Positions 43,701-57,100 of a stretch of 64,000 bases of DNA are shown piece after piece. A program made the position numbers and the translations under genes. This stretch comes from Eledone cirrhosa (lineage: Eukaryota): assembly GCA_964016885.1 (NCBI GenBank), contig OZ024746.1, forward strand, positions 75,020,001 through 75,084,000, in the 5' to 3' direction. How positions within the stretch are numbered: the first letter of the stretch is position 1; each line of letters begins with the position of its first letter. Under the pieces are notes generated by a model. The model ran no database searches, was not told the DNA's origin, and saw nothing but the letters and a program-made list of their open reading frames with translations.

Positions 43701-44943
43701 CTTCGGGAAGAGTGAGAAGGAGTTGGATGTGCTTGTTGACACTGTCCGTATTTTCAGCAATGATATATGTATGCAATTTGGTATTAGTAAGTGTGGAGTC
43801 CTTGTGATGAAGAGGGGTAAATTGAGCAGAAGCAACGGAATCCAGGTACCAACAGGTGAGATGATAAAGGAAATTGACACTGAAGAAGGATACAAGTATT
43901 TGGGTATTCTGGAGGCTGATGACATCAAGAACAAAAAAATGAAGGAATTGATAAGATCTGAATACTTTCGGAGAGTAAGGAGCGTATTAAATTCACATCT
44001 GAACAGTAGGAATGCCATAAGTGCAGTAAATTCCCGAGCTGTGTCTATTATTAGGTACAGTGCGGGAATTCTGAGATGGAATGTTGCTGAACAAAACGAA
44101 ATGGATAGGAAGACTAGGAAATTATTGACTATCTACAACATGTTCCACAAGAGGAGTGATGTCGATAAACTCTACTTAAGGAGATCTGAAGGTAGAAGAG
44201 GTCTTATCAGCATAGAGGACTGTGTTCAGATGGAGAAAAACAACCTACACAAATACGTGACCGATAGTAAGGAGCCAATGCTCAAAATTGTACTGAAGGA
44301 GATGACAATAGACCAGGGGATGTCCAAGGAGGAAATAACAACAAGGAGAAAGAGCAGCCTTCATGAAAAATCCCTTCATAGTACCTTCTTTGAGAAAACG
44401 GAATTCAGAGATCCACAGACATGGAACTGGTTGAAAAGAGGAGACCTTAAAAAGGCTACAGAAGGAAGGCTAATGGCTGCGCAAGAGCAGGCCCTCGAAA
44501 CGAAGTGGCTGAAACACCATATTTACAAGGAGGAGGCTAGCCCACTGTGCAGGATCTGTGGAGAGAGAGAGGAGACTGTGGCTCACATTGTATCCGAGTG
44601 TAAACACCTAGCCCAGACTCACTATAAGGGCTGGAGACATGATGGGCAGGGTGATCCACTGGCACCTATGCAAAGTAAACAATTTACCACATTCTGAGAA
44701 GTGGTATGAGCATAAGCCAGAGTCGGTGATAGAAAACGATCAGGTGAAGGTGCTATGGGATTTTAGGATACAGACGGACAAGAAACTGGAACACAATAGA
44801 CCTGACCTGCTGGTTTGGGACAAGGAAAAAAGATCGTGCCTGATTGTGGATGTGGCCTGCCCATTCGACACGAGAGTGCAAGAGAAGGAGAGGGAGAAAA
44901 TTAACCGATACCAGGACTTAAAGTGAGAGGTAAAAAGGTGGTT

Positions 44944-45000
<57 letters not shown>

Positions 45001-45292
45001 AAACTTAAAACTTACTGAATTTTCCTCCATATATAACACGGTCGCAGTCATCATATTGGCTGTTCCTTAATACACAAACCTGTTGTGACTGAGAAAACAC
45101 TGTGCCTTTACCACAAGGCATTGGGTTTGGAAACAAGGCGTTGCAAAAATAGAATTCACTGCAATTATTTGGTGATCGGACAAAACTTGATCCTGGTTTT
45201 ATTGCTGTTTTCCTACACAGAGTCATGATGTCTTGACTATAAGCTGCTGTCACTGCAAGAAATAGAACGATGGCGGCAACACGAAACTCCAT
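40292..45292 (-). CDS. Secreted double peritrophin-A/CBM14 protein, copy 4 (151 aa)
   Basis: Exon 1 45292-45016. Exon 2 40470-40291 reads [59 protein letters not shown]. Non-coding exon 3 starts at 39524, with AATAAA at 39427-39422. Intron 1 carries a ~2 kb LINE. Confidence 0.9.
42125..42738. mobile_element. SINE cluster in intron 1 of copy 4
   Basis: Plus-strand long form 42130-42305, fragment 42470-42530 and full minus-strand copy 42548-42738. Confidence 0.8.
42990..44940 (+). mobile_element. Decayed R4/Dong-like non-LTR retrotransposon (RT + CCHC + restriction-like endonuclease)
   Basis: NWKSLGPGGVQGYWIK, RGIFQGDSLSPLLF, HLLFMDDL, YKYLG, CRICGEREETVAHIVSEC, RHD, NRPDLLVWDK..IVDVACP..EKINRY. 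Has an internal deletion and frameshifts; bounded by (TAA/TAG)n repeats; antisense within intron 1 of copy 4. Confidence 0.88.
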
Positions 45293-45479
45293 TCTTGTTG
45301 TATTTTATCAACTGTGAAATCAAAGGAGAGTTAAAACAAATTACTTGCAATGAATCTACCACAACTCAGTTGTAACCTTGGTATGTGTGACTCTGTTGCT
45401 TTAAAGTAGTCACTTATATAGTCTATGAATAGGGTTACGGTAAGGTTTAGGGTTAGAGTAAGGGTAATGCTTAGGGTTA
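45293..45479 (-). promoter_or_regulatory. Copy 4 5'UTR and core promoter
   Basis: TATA at 45414-45421; agggttacggtaaggtttagggttagagtaagggtaatgcttagggtta at 45431-45479. Confidence 0.7.
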
Positions 45480-45920
45480 TTCATTAAGTGACTCACAATT
45501 TGATCACTATTCTTCTATTCTTTAAGGTAAACGGCCTCCACCCAACAATCTCACTGGACAACTTATTTCATCCCTTGTCATCTTGTTGTTATTGCTCTTC
45601 TTCTTCTTCTTCTTCTTCTTCTTCTTCTTCTTCTTCTTCTTCTTCTTCTTCTTCTTCTTCTTCTTCTTCTTCTTCTTCTTCTTCTTCTTCTTCTTCTTCT
45701 TCTTCTTCTTCTTCTCCTTCTTCCATGTTACAATAATAAGGGGGATGGTCCTGGTCTTTTGTTAATGCTCATCTTTCTCGTTAGTTCGTCACACGCTTTT
45801 CAAATTCAAATATAAATTGTGTTTGTTGTAGACAAAATGACGTAAAGAAACTATACATAGATAAATACATATATAAATACACGAGACACACACACCTATA
45901 TATATCTGTGTGTGTGTGTG

Positions 45921-45983
<63 letters not shown>

Positions 45984-46015
45984 TTATATATATATATGTG
46001 TGTGTGTGTATGTGT

Positions 46016-46039
<24 letters not shown>

Positions 46040-46057
<18 letters not shown>

Positions 46058-46137
46058 AAATAAAATACATAAATACTGTGTGTGTAGATGATTTAAGCTT
46101 AGAAAATCTTACAGATTGGAATTTATATACATATATG

Positions 46138-46213
<76 letters not shown>

Positions 46214-46299
46214 TATAAATTCCAATCTGTAAGATTTTCTAAGCTTACATCATCTACACACACAGTATTTATGTATTTTATTTCCACACACACACACAT

Positions 46300-46300
<1 letters not shown>
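46040..46300. repeat. Long palindrome centred on (TA)n
   Basis: About 75-bp unique arms (46052-46126 / 46214-46288), nearly perfect, with (TG)n/(CA)n outside. Confidence 0.8.
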
Positions 46301-46349
<49 letters not shown>

Positions 46350-46399
46350 TGTATACAATAATATTAAATAAATGGAAACTATATTTATAAAACCATATT

Positions 46400-46460
46400 T
46401 ATTCTATTATATATATTTCAAGGGTACCAACATTTTGGTACGCTATCATCAGATAAAATA
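46400..46460 (-). ncRNA. Minimal type-I hammerhead ribozyme (same family as 32797)
   Basis: TATTTTAT CTGATGA tAGc GTACCAA aatg TTGGTAC cCTt GAAA TATATA TA ATAGAATA. Confidence 0.72.
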
Positions 46461-46576
46461 CGAAATGTGTTTTATAAATTTTGACATAACCAAGGAGAAT
46501 ATACCTTAACGGTTCAAGTTTTCCTTGATATTTGTTGAATTACCAACAAATTAAATATATTATATTAAATTCTATA

Positions 46577-47872
46577 GGGCGGTGGATTGGCAGTATCGGT
46601 AGAAGGTCGGACGCCATGCTTTCCAGCATAGTTACGTCCCTTTACGATCTGAGTTCAAATCCCGCCGAGGTTGACTTTGCCTTTCATCCTTACGGGGTCG
46701 ATAAAATAAAGTACCAGTAATGCACTGGGTAATTTGCTGGCCTTGTGCCTAAAGTAGAAACAATTATATTAAATTCTATATATATTATATTAAATTCTAC
46801 TTATATATTATATTAAATTCTACTTATATATATGTATATATGTATATATATAAGCAAATGAATAAGTGAAGGAGTCGCAAGTCGTTATAACAAAATATTT
46901 ATATAATTCTTACATGATGTTTCACCCACATTAATTAATAATAATAATATAAACAATTAATTAATAATAATAAAGAGGCGGTGGATTGGCAGTATCGGTA
47001 GAGGGTCGGACACCATACTTTGCAGCATGGGGTTATGGCCCTTGCCATTCTGAGTTCAAATCATCCCGCCGAGGTTAACTTTGCCTTTCATCCTTACGGG
47101 GTCGATAAAATAAAGTACCAGTCACGCACTGGGGTGGATTTAATTGACTTCCCCATCCCCAAAATTGCTGGCCTTGTGCCTATACGAGAAACCATTAATT
47201 AATAATAATTATTTCTACTTTTGGCACAAGGCCAGCAATTATCTCACTGTATTACTGGTACTTTATTTTATCGACCGCGTAAGGATGAAAGGCAAAGTTA
47301 ACCTCGGTCTTTCATCCTTACGGGGTCGATAAAATAAAGTACCAGTAATGCACTGGGTAACTGCTGGCCTTGTGCCATAACTATAATAATTATTTCTATA
47401 TCCTAAAGGGCCGTAACTCTATGCTGCAAAGCATGGCGTCCGACCCTCTACCGATACTGCCAATCCACCATAACTATAATAATTATTTCTACATTTGGCA
47501 CAAGACAAGCAATTACCCCAGTGCATTACTGGTACTTTATTTTATCGACCCCGTAAGGATGAAAGGCAAAGTTAACATCGGCGCGATTTGAACTCAGAAT
47601 GGCAAGGGCCGTAACTCTATGCGTCAAAGTATGGCGTCCGACCCTCTACCGATACTGCCAATCCACCGCCCTATGGATAACTATAATAATTGTTTCTACT
47701 TTAGGCACAAGGCCAGCAATTATCCAGTGCATTACTGGTACTTTATTTTATCGACCCCGTAAGGATGAAAGGCAAAGTTAACCTCGGCGGGATTTGAACT
47801 CAGACCGTAAAGGGATGTAACTCTATGCTTCAAAGCATGGTGTCCGACTCTCTACCGATACTGCCAATCCAA
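46577..47872. mobile_element. Dense SINE cluster (at least 6 copies or fragments, both strands)
   Basis: 46577-46766 (+, TSD attatattaaattctata), 46977-47195 (+, long form), and 47203-47872 (rearranged minus-strand multimer). Confidence 0.85.
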
Positions 47873-49132
47873 ATGCAGGCTCTTCAGAGAAAGTATATTT
47901 GTTAGTACAAATGTCTATCAAAGTCAATATAACCAGCCAAACTGGGTGAAAATATATTTATTGCAGAGTCAGAAAAATTTTGGAATTCACATTGCAGCGC
48001 ATGGTAAATCTCTTTTATATATATATAACTAGTTATTTATTTATTACTTTACGATGTAACAAGTGTTCTGAAAGTCGTAATAGCATGAATAACATTTCAG
48101 AATATTCACGTTTCATTTTCATATTTATCGTAGCAGTTATCGTAGGCGTGTGTGTTTTTTGTTTTGTTTTGTTTGTCTTCAGATCATCTTTGATTTATGA
48201 CCAAAGAAGTTCCTGCTGAGATTATTCCATTTTGACTTCATGCAGTATACATATGACATCTTCTATTCTAAGTTCCTGGATTCATATGATAGTGGAATTT
48301 TAACTCAAAGTATCATATTAAGTAAGATGAATTCCTGTTGAGTATCAGTTTTATATCAAAATACTGAATTGTATGTCTTATTCGTATGTAAAATATGAAT
48401 TAATATATACATATAATATATATTATATAATTTATAATAATTAAATAGAAAATATACATTATCCTTCTCGGGCCGAGGGGGGTAAACTCTCCAAATATCG
48501 GTCGCTCTCCGATACGGGCAGAACATGACTAATGATATCCAGTATCCTAGCAAGAATCCTCCCAGAATTTGTGGTTTGTCCGAGAGCTGTATATGAGACG
48601 ACATATATATTAAATGGATACTATTGGCTTTATATGTAAGTGGATAACAAGCTTTATGATTTGCGATTTACTTGCCCTAAACTAGCAGAGATGACAATTA
48701 TTTTCTGTGGTCAAGTCACCTGTATTATTTTTTTTTATTTAACTGACGAAGAATCAAGCGGCGTATGTATGTCAGTGCCACCTATGGCAGGGTTATTATA
48801 AAATTTTGTTGCATTTATCAAGAAAACATTGTAATGGATTCTAACATCTGAATAGTCTTTAATTTTCTTATTCACCAACACATTTACTAAGAATGAACAG
48901 AAAAAGATAACAAAATATATTAACTTCATAAGAAAGAAAGGACTGATGAAGAGAGAAAACTGAAGTCTAATATGTGGATGTGTTATACAATTGTTAAGGA
49001 TACATACTAAAACGATTTGGACTACCAAAATAAGGGTGGTTGAAAGATGAAGTCAAATATTTCATGCTAGTTGATAACAATCGCTACATAAATTATCCAG
49101 TTGTAAAATTACAAAGCCCGAATAAAGATAAA

Positions 49133-49166
<34 letters not shown>

Positions 49167-49181
49167 ATATATATATATATA

Positions 49182-49254
<73 letters not shown>

Positions 49255-49260
<6 letters not shown>

Positions 49261-49498
49261 AAGTTAAATAAAAGTCAAATGATTAAAATTTAGCTTTGTT
49301 TATTACTGCTATATATATTTCAGTGACAGCCATCTTTGTTTAGGTGTATAATATTGTCAATACTCTGATATGCCCAGTTCCTTGTTTGGTTGTTAATTCA
49401 CTGAGGAACTGGAGTCAACTGGCTGTCACTGAAATATATATAGCAGTAATAAACGAAGCTAAATTTTAATCATTTGACTTTTATTTAACTTTATTTTA
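49255..49498. mobile_element. Fold-back element with hammerhead core
   Basis: About 77-bp inverted arms. CTGAGGA...GAAA TATATA TA at 49401-49442, but stem I does not pair. Confidence 0.6.
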
Positions 49499-49588
49499 CA
49501 CTACTCCGGAGTAACCAAACCAACCTGCGCACTTCGTCGAGTGCTCCAGCCTGCATACTGAGGTGTTGGTATACAACCAACATAAACT

Positions 49589-49671
<83 letters not shown>

Positions 49672-49880
49672 AGAGAGAAAGAGTATGAGAGAGATATATA
49701 TATATATATATAACATCGCGACTGCGGCGCCAAGCTGTTTCGGCTTGTGTGTTCGGGATTTTAAATATCTCTATACCCACTCTGCATCTCCCCATGCATT
49801 GAGTACTCTCCTGATTAGTGGTCTCCCAGTCTCACACCACAGACTCTGTCCCCCCCCCCTCTCTCTCTCTCTCTCTCGAC

Positions 49881-49928
<48 letters not shown>

Positions 49929-49945
49929 GAATTCCACTACTATAG

Positions 49946-50057
49946 GATTTCTGATGAAGAGTAATAAATAATTAAGTATTGCATATGATTGACCAATATA
50001 TATTATAGTCAGCATATGTAAACAATTTATAATAGAAACAGAAACATATGTCAAAGC
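49946..50057 (+). ncRNA. Hammerhead motif with long stem II
   Basis: gATTT CTGATGA (~83 nt, AT-rich) GAAA CATATG TC AAAgc; palindromic stem/loop III and GUC triplet. Confidence 0.5.
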
Positions 50058-50182
50058 ACATAAATTCATAATCTCTTCACGCCGACGTTTTATTTTTCTT
50101 GGTACAGCACTTGCTTATATATATATTTGTGTATATATATATATATGTGTGTGTATGCATATATATATATATATATATATAT

Positions 50183-50375
50183 AACGAAGGAAATGTGGTA
50201 AGGAACCAGGTGGACCATAACGCACCAAAGTACTCAATACTTGAGGTAGTAGAGTGGGTAATAGGAACCAGTAAGACCCCGACAGCTGAGCTCAAGCCGT
50301 TTCGACGGCTAATTCTGAGTCCAGAATTAGCCGTCGAAACGGCTTGAGCTCAGCTGTCGGGGTCTTACTGGTTCC

Positions 50376-50378
<3 letters not shown>
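50183..50378. mobile_element. Fold-back element in (TA)n
   Basis: Perfect ~58-bp arms (50261-50317 / 50322-50378). Confidence 0.75.
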
Positions 50379-50414
<36 letters not shown>

Positions 50415-50986
50415 AGGCAATGGTTTATGTAATTCAAATGAACAGTAATCATTTTATTTCATTTTAACATATTTATCTGAAAAAGAAACAAAAAAAAAAC
50501 AACTAGAAATAATGTTGTGCTGAAGAACAAACAGTATTTTGAGGCAGAATATTATTATTATATCAGTGCGTACAAGAAACTATTCCCGAAATTTCTCGAT
50601 GCTGTTATGACCTCACCAACGTCGATGCTGCCTGAATCTGGTAACATCACCCTGTCGCAAGTTAAATAAAATAATGAAACAATACCACGTTTTGCCTAAA
50701 CATCGCATATCATTAAATCTACTACTTTATCTAAAATTTTGAATATATTACATTTATGGCCCTCCAGAGACGAACTTACCGTTCATCCTTGCTGTATTGA
50801 TATATTTGAAGTTTTCCTCTGACTATTTAGAAAATATTATTTCTACATTTTTAACCAATATATTGTGATGAGCTAAGCCAGATTCCTATAAAATACTTTT
50901 CTTCATAATTTTCGTAATCACTGGACCTATTAAAAATAGCAGTTAAATCCCTCTAAATCATACACTATATAGAAAGTCTTTATTAA

Positions 50987-51207
50987 CCCTTTAGCATTTA
51001 AACCGGCCATATTCGGCCAGAATAGTCTCACCCCTTTCTGTCTAAACCGGCTGTAACCGGCCGCACATACTGATGTTAAGGTATTGTTCTCAAAATAAAT
51101 GATAACAAAATCTCATAGATTTGATAGTATGTAAGATACGTATGTGAGGTAAAGCCTTTACCGTGTAAATATAGTAGTAAATATAGAGTAATGTAAATGC
51201 TAAAGGG
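50987..51207. mobile_element. piggyBac-type MITE
   Basis: TTAA TSD on both sides; 14-bp TIR CCCTTTAGCATTTA / TAAATGCTAAAGGG. Confidence 0.8.
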
Positions 51208-51269
51208 TTAAGCCTATTGGTTCATCATGCCAGAACATATTCTGGTTTCATTTAGTGTTAAACGTTTGA

Positions 51270-51480
51270 GAGTACTGGACTACTGTTTAGACCATCCACC
51301 AGTTTGTCGTAACGCCTGACCAACAGCTGCAGTTGATATTTATATTTTCAGCTGAGTGGAGTGGAGGAGGGTATCAAGAAGTGCTTTGTTCAAGGACACA
51401 ACTCTTCGCTAGGTCCAGTGATCGAACACAAGAATCTAAGATCGTGAGACAAACACTCTAACCGTTTGTCCATTCACATT
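51270..51480 (-). mobile_element. Old SINE of a second family
   Basis: Minus strand shows a tRNA-like head (GGTTAGAGTG...GTGTTCGATC) and GTGTCCTTGAACAAAGCACTT. A similar diverged piece lies at ~33880-34140. Confidence 0.45.
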
Positions 51481-52285
51481 CACAAAAAAAATAGTCATAC
51501 ACTACTGTCATCAAAGGAAACAACAAGTCTTTTGATAGGATTCAAAGCACAAGAATCGTACTAACTTAGTAGAAGATAACCAAATTCGTGTCTATTTTCA
51601 ATGCATTTCCTTTATAATAAATTACGCAGCTCCGATAGTCTCAACTGTTTTTTTAAGCTCATTGTGGTTCATCAGATTGAAACATTCTCCAGCCCAACCC
51701 TACACGGTTACTTCCACTTTTGTATGTTCACTGTTTATATGTGTGAGCATGTACGACTGCGTATTTGTCTATGTAGAGGCGTTAACGACATCATGTGTTT
51801 GTATATACTGTGTGCAAGTATTTGTATAGATGCAGTGGCTTCTACGCTTTTAGATGTGTGTACGTTACATTCTTTCTATACATTTACTTTAACACTTCTA
51901 CACCCCCGCAGCATTCTATATTTAAAACATTCTAACCAATATCCCGTTGCTGTGTGCTTTTTGATATTTTCCCATTCATTCTCTTTCACACCACCCCTGC
52001 TTCATATTTCTTTACACCTAGCCTCATCAATATATCTTTCTTTTTCATTCACTGGCGACATCAATGAATAAAGGCGATGACAGTGGGAGTTCCTCTGTGT
52101 TTGGACCTGGTGTACGCGTATGCGCATGCTTAGTGTTTTATCATATAGACATATTTATGAATAACTGCAGAAGGCATGGAACCCTCACAAATACCATAAA
52201 TTTAAGTTATAGTCCATCCTATCTCTTCGACCACTTACTTCCCTACTCTTTATGACCATCCTCGTTATCTTGCTATATACATGCA

Positions 52286-52322
<37 letters not shown>

Positions 52323-53103
52323 TAGCGATAATCGTATTTCGGCTTTGGAAATTAGCGAAAAACAACTTCCGAGATGTGTGGCAATCGCTCAATAATTCTA
52401 ACGAACCAGAGCTACAACATACGTTAAAAGGCCAAACACACTGAGACGATGGTTAAACCATTATCCACACAGCCATAGAAACGACCAAGTAATTCGGGTC
52501 AAACAAATAAAAAAATATGATTGAAAAATTTACCCGGACCCCTGGATGGTTGGTAAAAATTCAGCATTTGGGTTTCTGCGACTCCTAAATCAAGTACTGT
52601 CCGCTTAGACAAATAATGTTAGGCTTCTGGTAAGATGATTGAACAAGGAAATCACTTTCTCAACAAGCTTTTAGTTCAAGTGCCAGGCCAAGGATTGACC
52701 GTTACCAATACCCACGTGGGGCTCGACAAGGGAGGCAACCCTTATTTTTGGCGGATGAATTCAGTATGTGTATATTATTGCAAAATTGCAAAATATCACA
52801 AAACGAATTAAGTTCTCATACACACACAGGGAGTGTAACGTGAAGTTACTGTAGGTTCACCCAGGTGAGCACTCGATGTTTAGGTTCACGTCTGTAGCGA
52901 GGTGTGTAAATATAATAATATTGATAAGCTCAAGTTTCGATCTGTATCGATTTGGCCCGACTCTGGAATCGAAAGCTCGTCTCACCTCTGCTGTTGTAAT
53001 ACAGAATGAGCTGATCAATAGCGAAACGCGCGTCACCAATCAATAAACGTAATGAAGTCTTAACATCGTCTTTGTAATATTATTATTATATATATATATA
53101 TAT

Positions 53104-53310
53104 AACGAAGGAGTTGTGGTAAGGAACCAGATGGACCATAACGCACCAGAGTACTCAATACTTAGGGTAATTGAGTGGGAAATAGGAAAAAGTATGACCC
53201 CGACGGCAGAGCTCAAGCCGTTTCGACGGCTATTTCTAGACTAGAAATAGTTCAGAAATAGCCGTCGAAACGGCTTGAGCTCTGCCGTCGGGGTCATACT
53301 TTTTCCTATA
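53104..53310. mobile_element. Fold-back element in (TA)n
   Basis: Perfect ~57-bp arms; same family as 50183 and 63762. Confidence 0.75.
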
Positions 53311-53731
53311 TATATGTACCAAGCATGGACCCAATATAACTGTGTACAATTACCTTCTGTGTTTTTTTCGTTTATTTTCAACTATATATATATATATGTG
53401 CATATGTGTGCATATGTGTGTGTGTGTGTATGTGTTATTATGTGAATAACTTTTGGTTACTAGCGGCTGGTCAAAGCACTCGATGGTGTTACTGGGTACG
53501 TCTTTAGTTGGGTTGCACTCCAGGATTAAGGTGGCTGTATTTTGCAGAGTGACTATGAAGTGTCAATCAGAGTTGCAGCTTTTTGTAAACTTTATTTCAT
53601 ATTACAATTATTTCTGTATCGATCGGCTCAGTTTGATCATGCGATCGTATCCCGACTCTTAATCGACACTTAATCAGATATGAGAGTTTACATGGGTTTG
53701 GTGGGTTTGGATAGGACCACTCGTGTAAACT

Positions 53732-53783
<52 letters not shown>

Positions 53784-53794
53784 CCCTCTCTCTC

Positions 53795-53828
<34 letters not shown>

Positions 53829-54152
53829 CCTCATTTTCTTGACGTCTCAATTTCTTTCTCTGAATGAAATCGGCTGAGTTCTGACGTGGAGAGAGATCTG
53901 CTCCATCAGGTTTAAATTTCAAAGGCCCACCGTATGTCACGACGGCACACTCCACGGCTCCATCTTGATTTAAGAACTATCATAATAAAAATGAATTCAT
54001 TCACAAATAGACGAAAAACTGTATGCAGCTTTAAAATACTTTATTTTTTATTTTATATAAAATAAAAATTCAATTCTTTTTCATTACTACTTTGAAAGTT
54101 GTTTTGATTTAAGAACATTTTCTGGGGAAGCATAGTTGAAACCGAAAACCAT

Positions 54153-57100
54153 TTCTGAAATAACAAAAAAAATAACAAAGATATAAAATTTTCCAAGCTC
54201 TCAGTTAACAATATCTCGTCAAAATAATATGATATACATAAAATGTGAAGTAAAATAATTACTACAATGTATCTTCTATATTTGCGGAAATAACTTTCTT
54301 ATCTATAGTTTAAAGCAGATATCGAAACCTAAGTGCCGTTTCTACTCAGCTACAGATTATTTCATGCTTTTCATCGATTGTAATATGTACATTTTGATTA
54401 TGAAGTTCACAAAATGAGACAAATTCTAGTGACGTATATATATATATACATGTCTGGTACATATTCGATAGATGCATAACAAATAAGGAAAGATAAATAA
54501 ATCAAAAACATAAAAGAATGATTGCACAATGGCATTAAAGATTGGCCGAGAAAGTAGAATTAATTTCAGTCATTTTATCTTCTGAAGTATTTGAGATAAT
54601 CAACGTCATAGTGGAAGATAAAAGTACAAGACAAGTGATGAGAATTGATTGGATTTTATTCCTGGTGGAAATTCGGATTATCTTCGTTTCACAGATGAGC
54701 CTAATATCTTCACGGAAAATGTAACAGTCCCAAAATCAAATTTTGCTCGCCTCAGAAATATACAAGCTTTGTAGTAAAGTGACAGAAAATATAATTTAAC
54801 ACTAGATAAGTACCAACCACTCTGCGATACATTTATCATTAAGCACATACCATTGAACATATTTGGTATCCTGGGTCCCCGTACCACCTCCCTACTTATT
54901 GCGATCAAGCTGGGGATGTCTATTCGCAAGGAACATGAGAAGTAGTCCAGATTTTTCAGCGGTTCTATATGTTTTAAAAATGTAAAATAGATAAGGTGAG
55001 ACTTATCTATTGGTACAAAACGATAAGTGACAGTTCGTAAATGTAGAACCTTCCATACTACGGAATTTGAAGTTAATAATAAAGACAGTTGTCCTATTTC
55101 TACATGTCTATCTTACGGGGGTCAAGAGGAATCTATAATTTTCCGTACTACTAAGTTTACAATTTCAGTACTAGAAAGTTAGCTGATAAAATGAAATAAA
55201 CTGGAACCCCTTACAATAGTTACTACAATCTGCTTCTGCATATTCAGTACATCTTTGTTGTTGGACGTTAAAGAAAAGACCAGCTTGGCATTCCATGGAA
55301 GGGTACGATGTTCGGTTGTAGCAGGGAACATATCTATGGCAGTCGTCTGGATCACGGTTATTTCCAAATGGGAATTGGTTACAGAGAGGATCATCTGAAA
55401 AGAAATATTTTAATAAGATTTTAATAAAAGCACAGCAATGATTATTTTGTTAATTTCTTTCTTTTTTTTTTTTGACACACTAAACATTCACATGGACAAT
55501 TGTAGTCAAATTACCGATAATGACACAATTGTGGCGGCGGATGTTGTTGCGGGGTGGGCGTTGGGATGCGATATTAGTTTTGTTATTGTTGGTGGTGGTG
55601 GTGGTGGTGGTGGTGGCAGTGACAGTAGTGTTTATAGAGGTAGTAATAACACTTGTGGGTAGGGATTGTAGTAAGAACGCAATAGCAACGGACTGGTACG
55701 ATTAGCGATTTTTTTGTACTAGTTCAAAATGAAACGCAAAGCAGCAGTAACTGCTGAAAATATCAACCATGTTTTGGGCCATGGAACCATTAATGAACGC
55801 GCATCTCAAATCTGTGCCAAAAATGTCGATGCGGGGATGAGAAATTAAAGATGAAGAAAACAATGGCGTATTGATTACCATTGGATTGGCAGTATCGGTA
55901 GAGGGTCGGACGCCATGCTTTGTTGCATAGAGTTACGCCCCTTTACGGTCTGAGTTCAAATCCCACCGAGGTTAACTTTGCCTTTCATCCTTAAGGGGTC
56001 GATAGAATAAAGCACGAGTAATGCACTGGGTAATTGCTGGCCTTGTGCCAAAAGTAGAAACAATTATTATATTGGCAGTATCGGTAGAGAGTCGGACACC
56101 ATGTTTTGTAGCATAGAGTTACGGTCCTTTATGATCTGAGTTCAAATCCCGCCGAGGTTAACTTTGCTTTTCATCCTTAGGGGATCGATAAAATAAAGTG
56201 CCAGTAATGTACTGGGTAATTGCTGGCCTTGTTCCAAAAGTAGAAACAATTATTAAGGCGGATATACGCGGCATAACTTAAGGATGACAGACGGACCAAA
56301 CGTTGGAGATTTAATAATTTCCGTCATTATCTTCTCATTGGAAAGACAAAACTTCGACAAATGCGTAGCACACAAGTTTGCACATAAAAAGTCTTTGTCA
56401 CGTTGTGAAGGATGATTATACACGAACTCTATTAGACAATCTACAGACTCCTGCACCGTAACTGGTCCAAGTTGAATCCCTACAATTTTCAAAACAGAAG
56501 CTAAGGCTAAAATGGTTATGGTTACTATTTCTTGGATGGTATGGGAAATCACACATTATTATTTTCTTGGCGCGGTGGATTGGCAGTATCGGTAGAGGGT
56601 CGGACGCCATGCTTTCCAGCATAGTTAAGTCCCTTTACGATCTGAGTTAAAATCCCGCCGAGGTTGACTTTGCCTTTCATCCTTGCGGGGTCGATAAAAT
56701 AAAGTACCAGTAATGCACTGGTAAATTGCTGGCCTTGTGCCTAAAGTAGAAACAATTATTTTCTTGAATTATAACAAAACCCCAACAACAAAGAGGATTT
56801 GCCTGGAAATTGAGGAAAATACCCCCAAAGTATATGATATTTACGTTTACGATTTACCAATCACATCTCTCACAAACAGCATTTTAGAAATCGAAATATG
56901 TATGTATGCATGGACTCGTAACTACTGGTGAAGTCGAAGAGTCGTCCTAATAACATACAGCATGGACACTTTAAACCTGGCAAATTTTTTGCAATAGAAG
57001 AGAGAGTGAGAGAAACGAAATGAGAAAAAGATATAGAGAATGAATCGACCTCAAAAGAATGAAAAGAAAGTTGACTTCGGCGGAATTTGAACTCAGAGTG

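Noticed and set aside
47599-47781. Repeated small ORF MARAVTLC...RPRKDERQS (also 58316, 60468, 24940)
   Set aside because: Antisense translation across tandem SINE copies.
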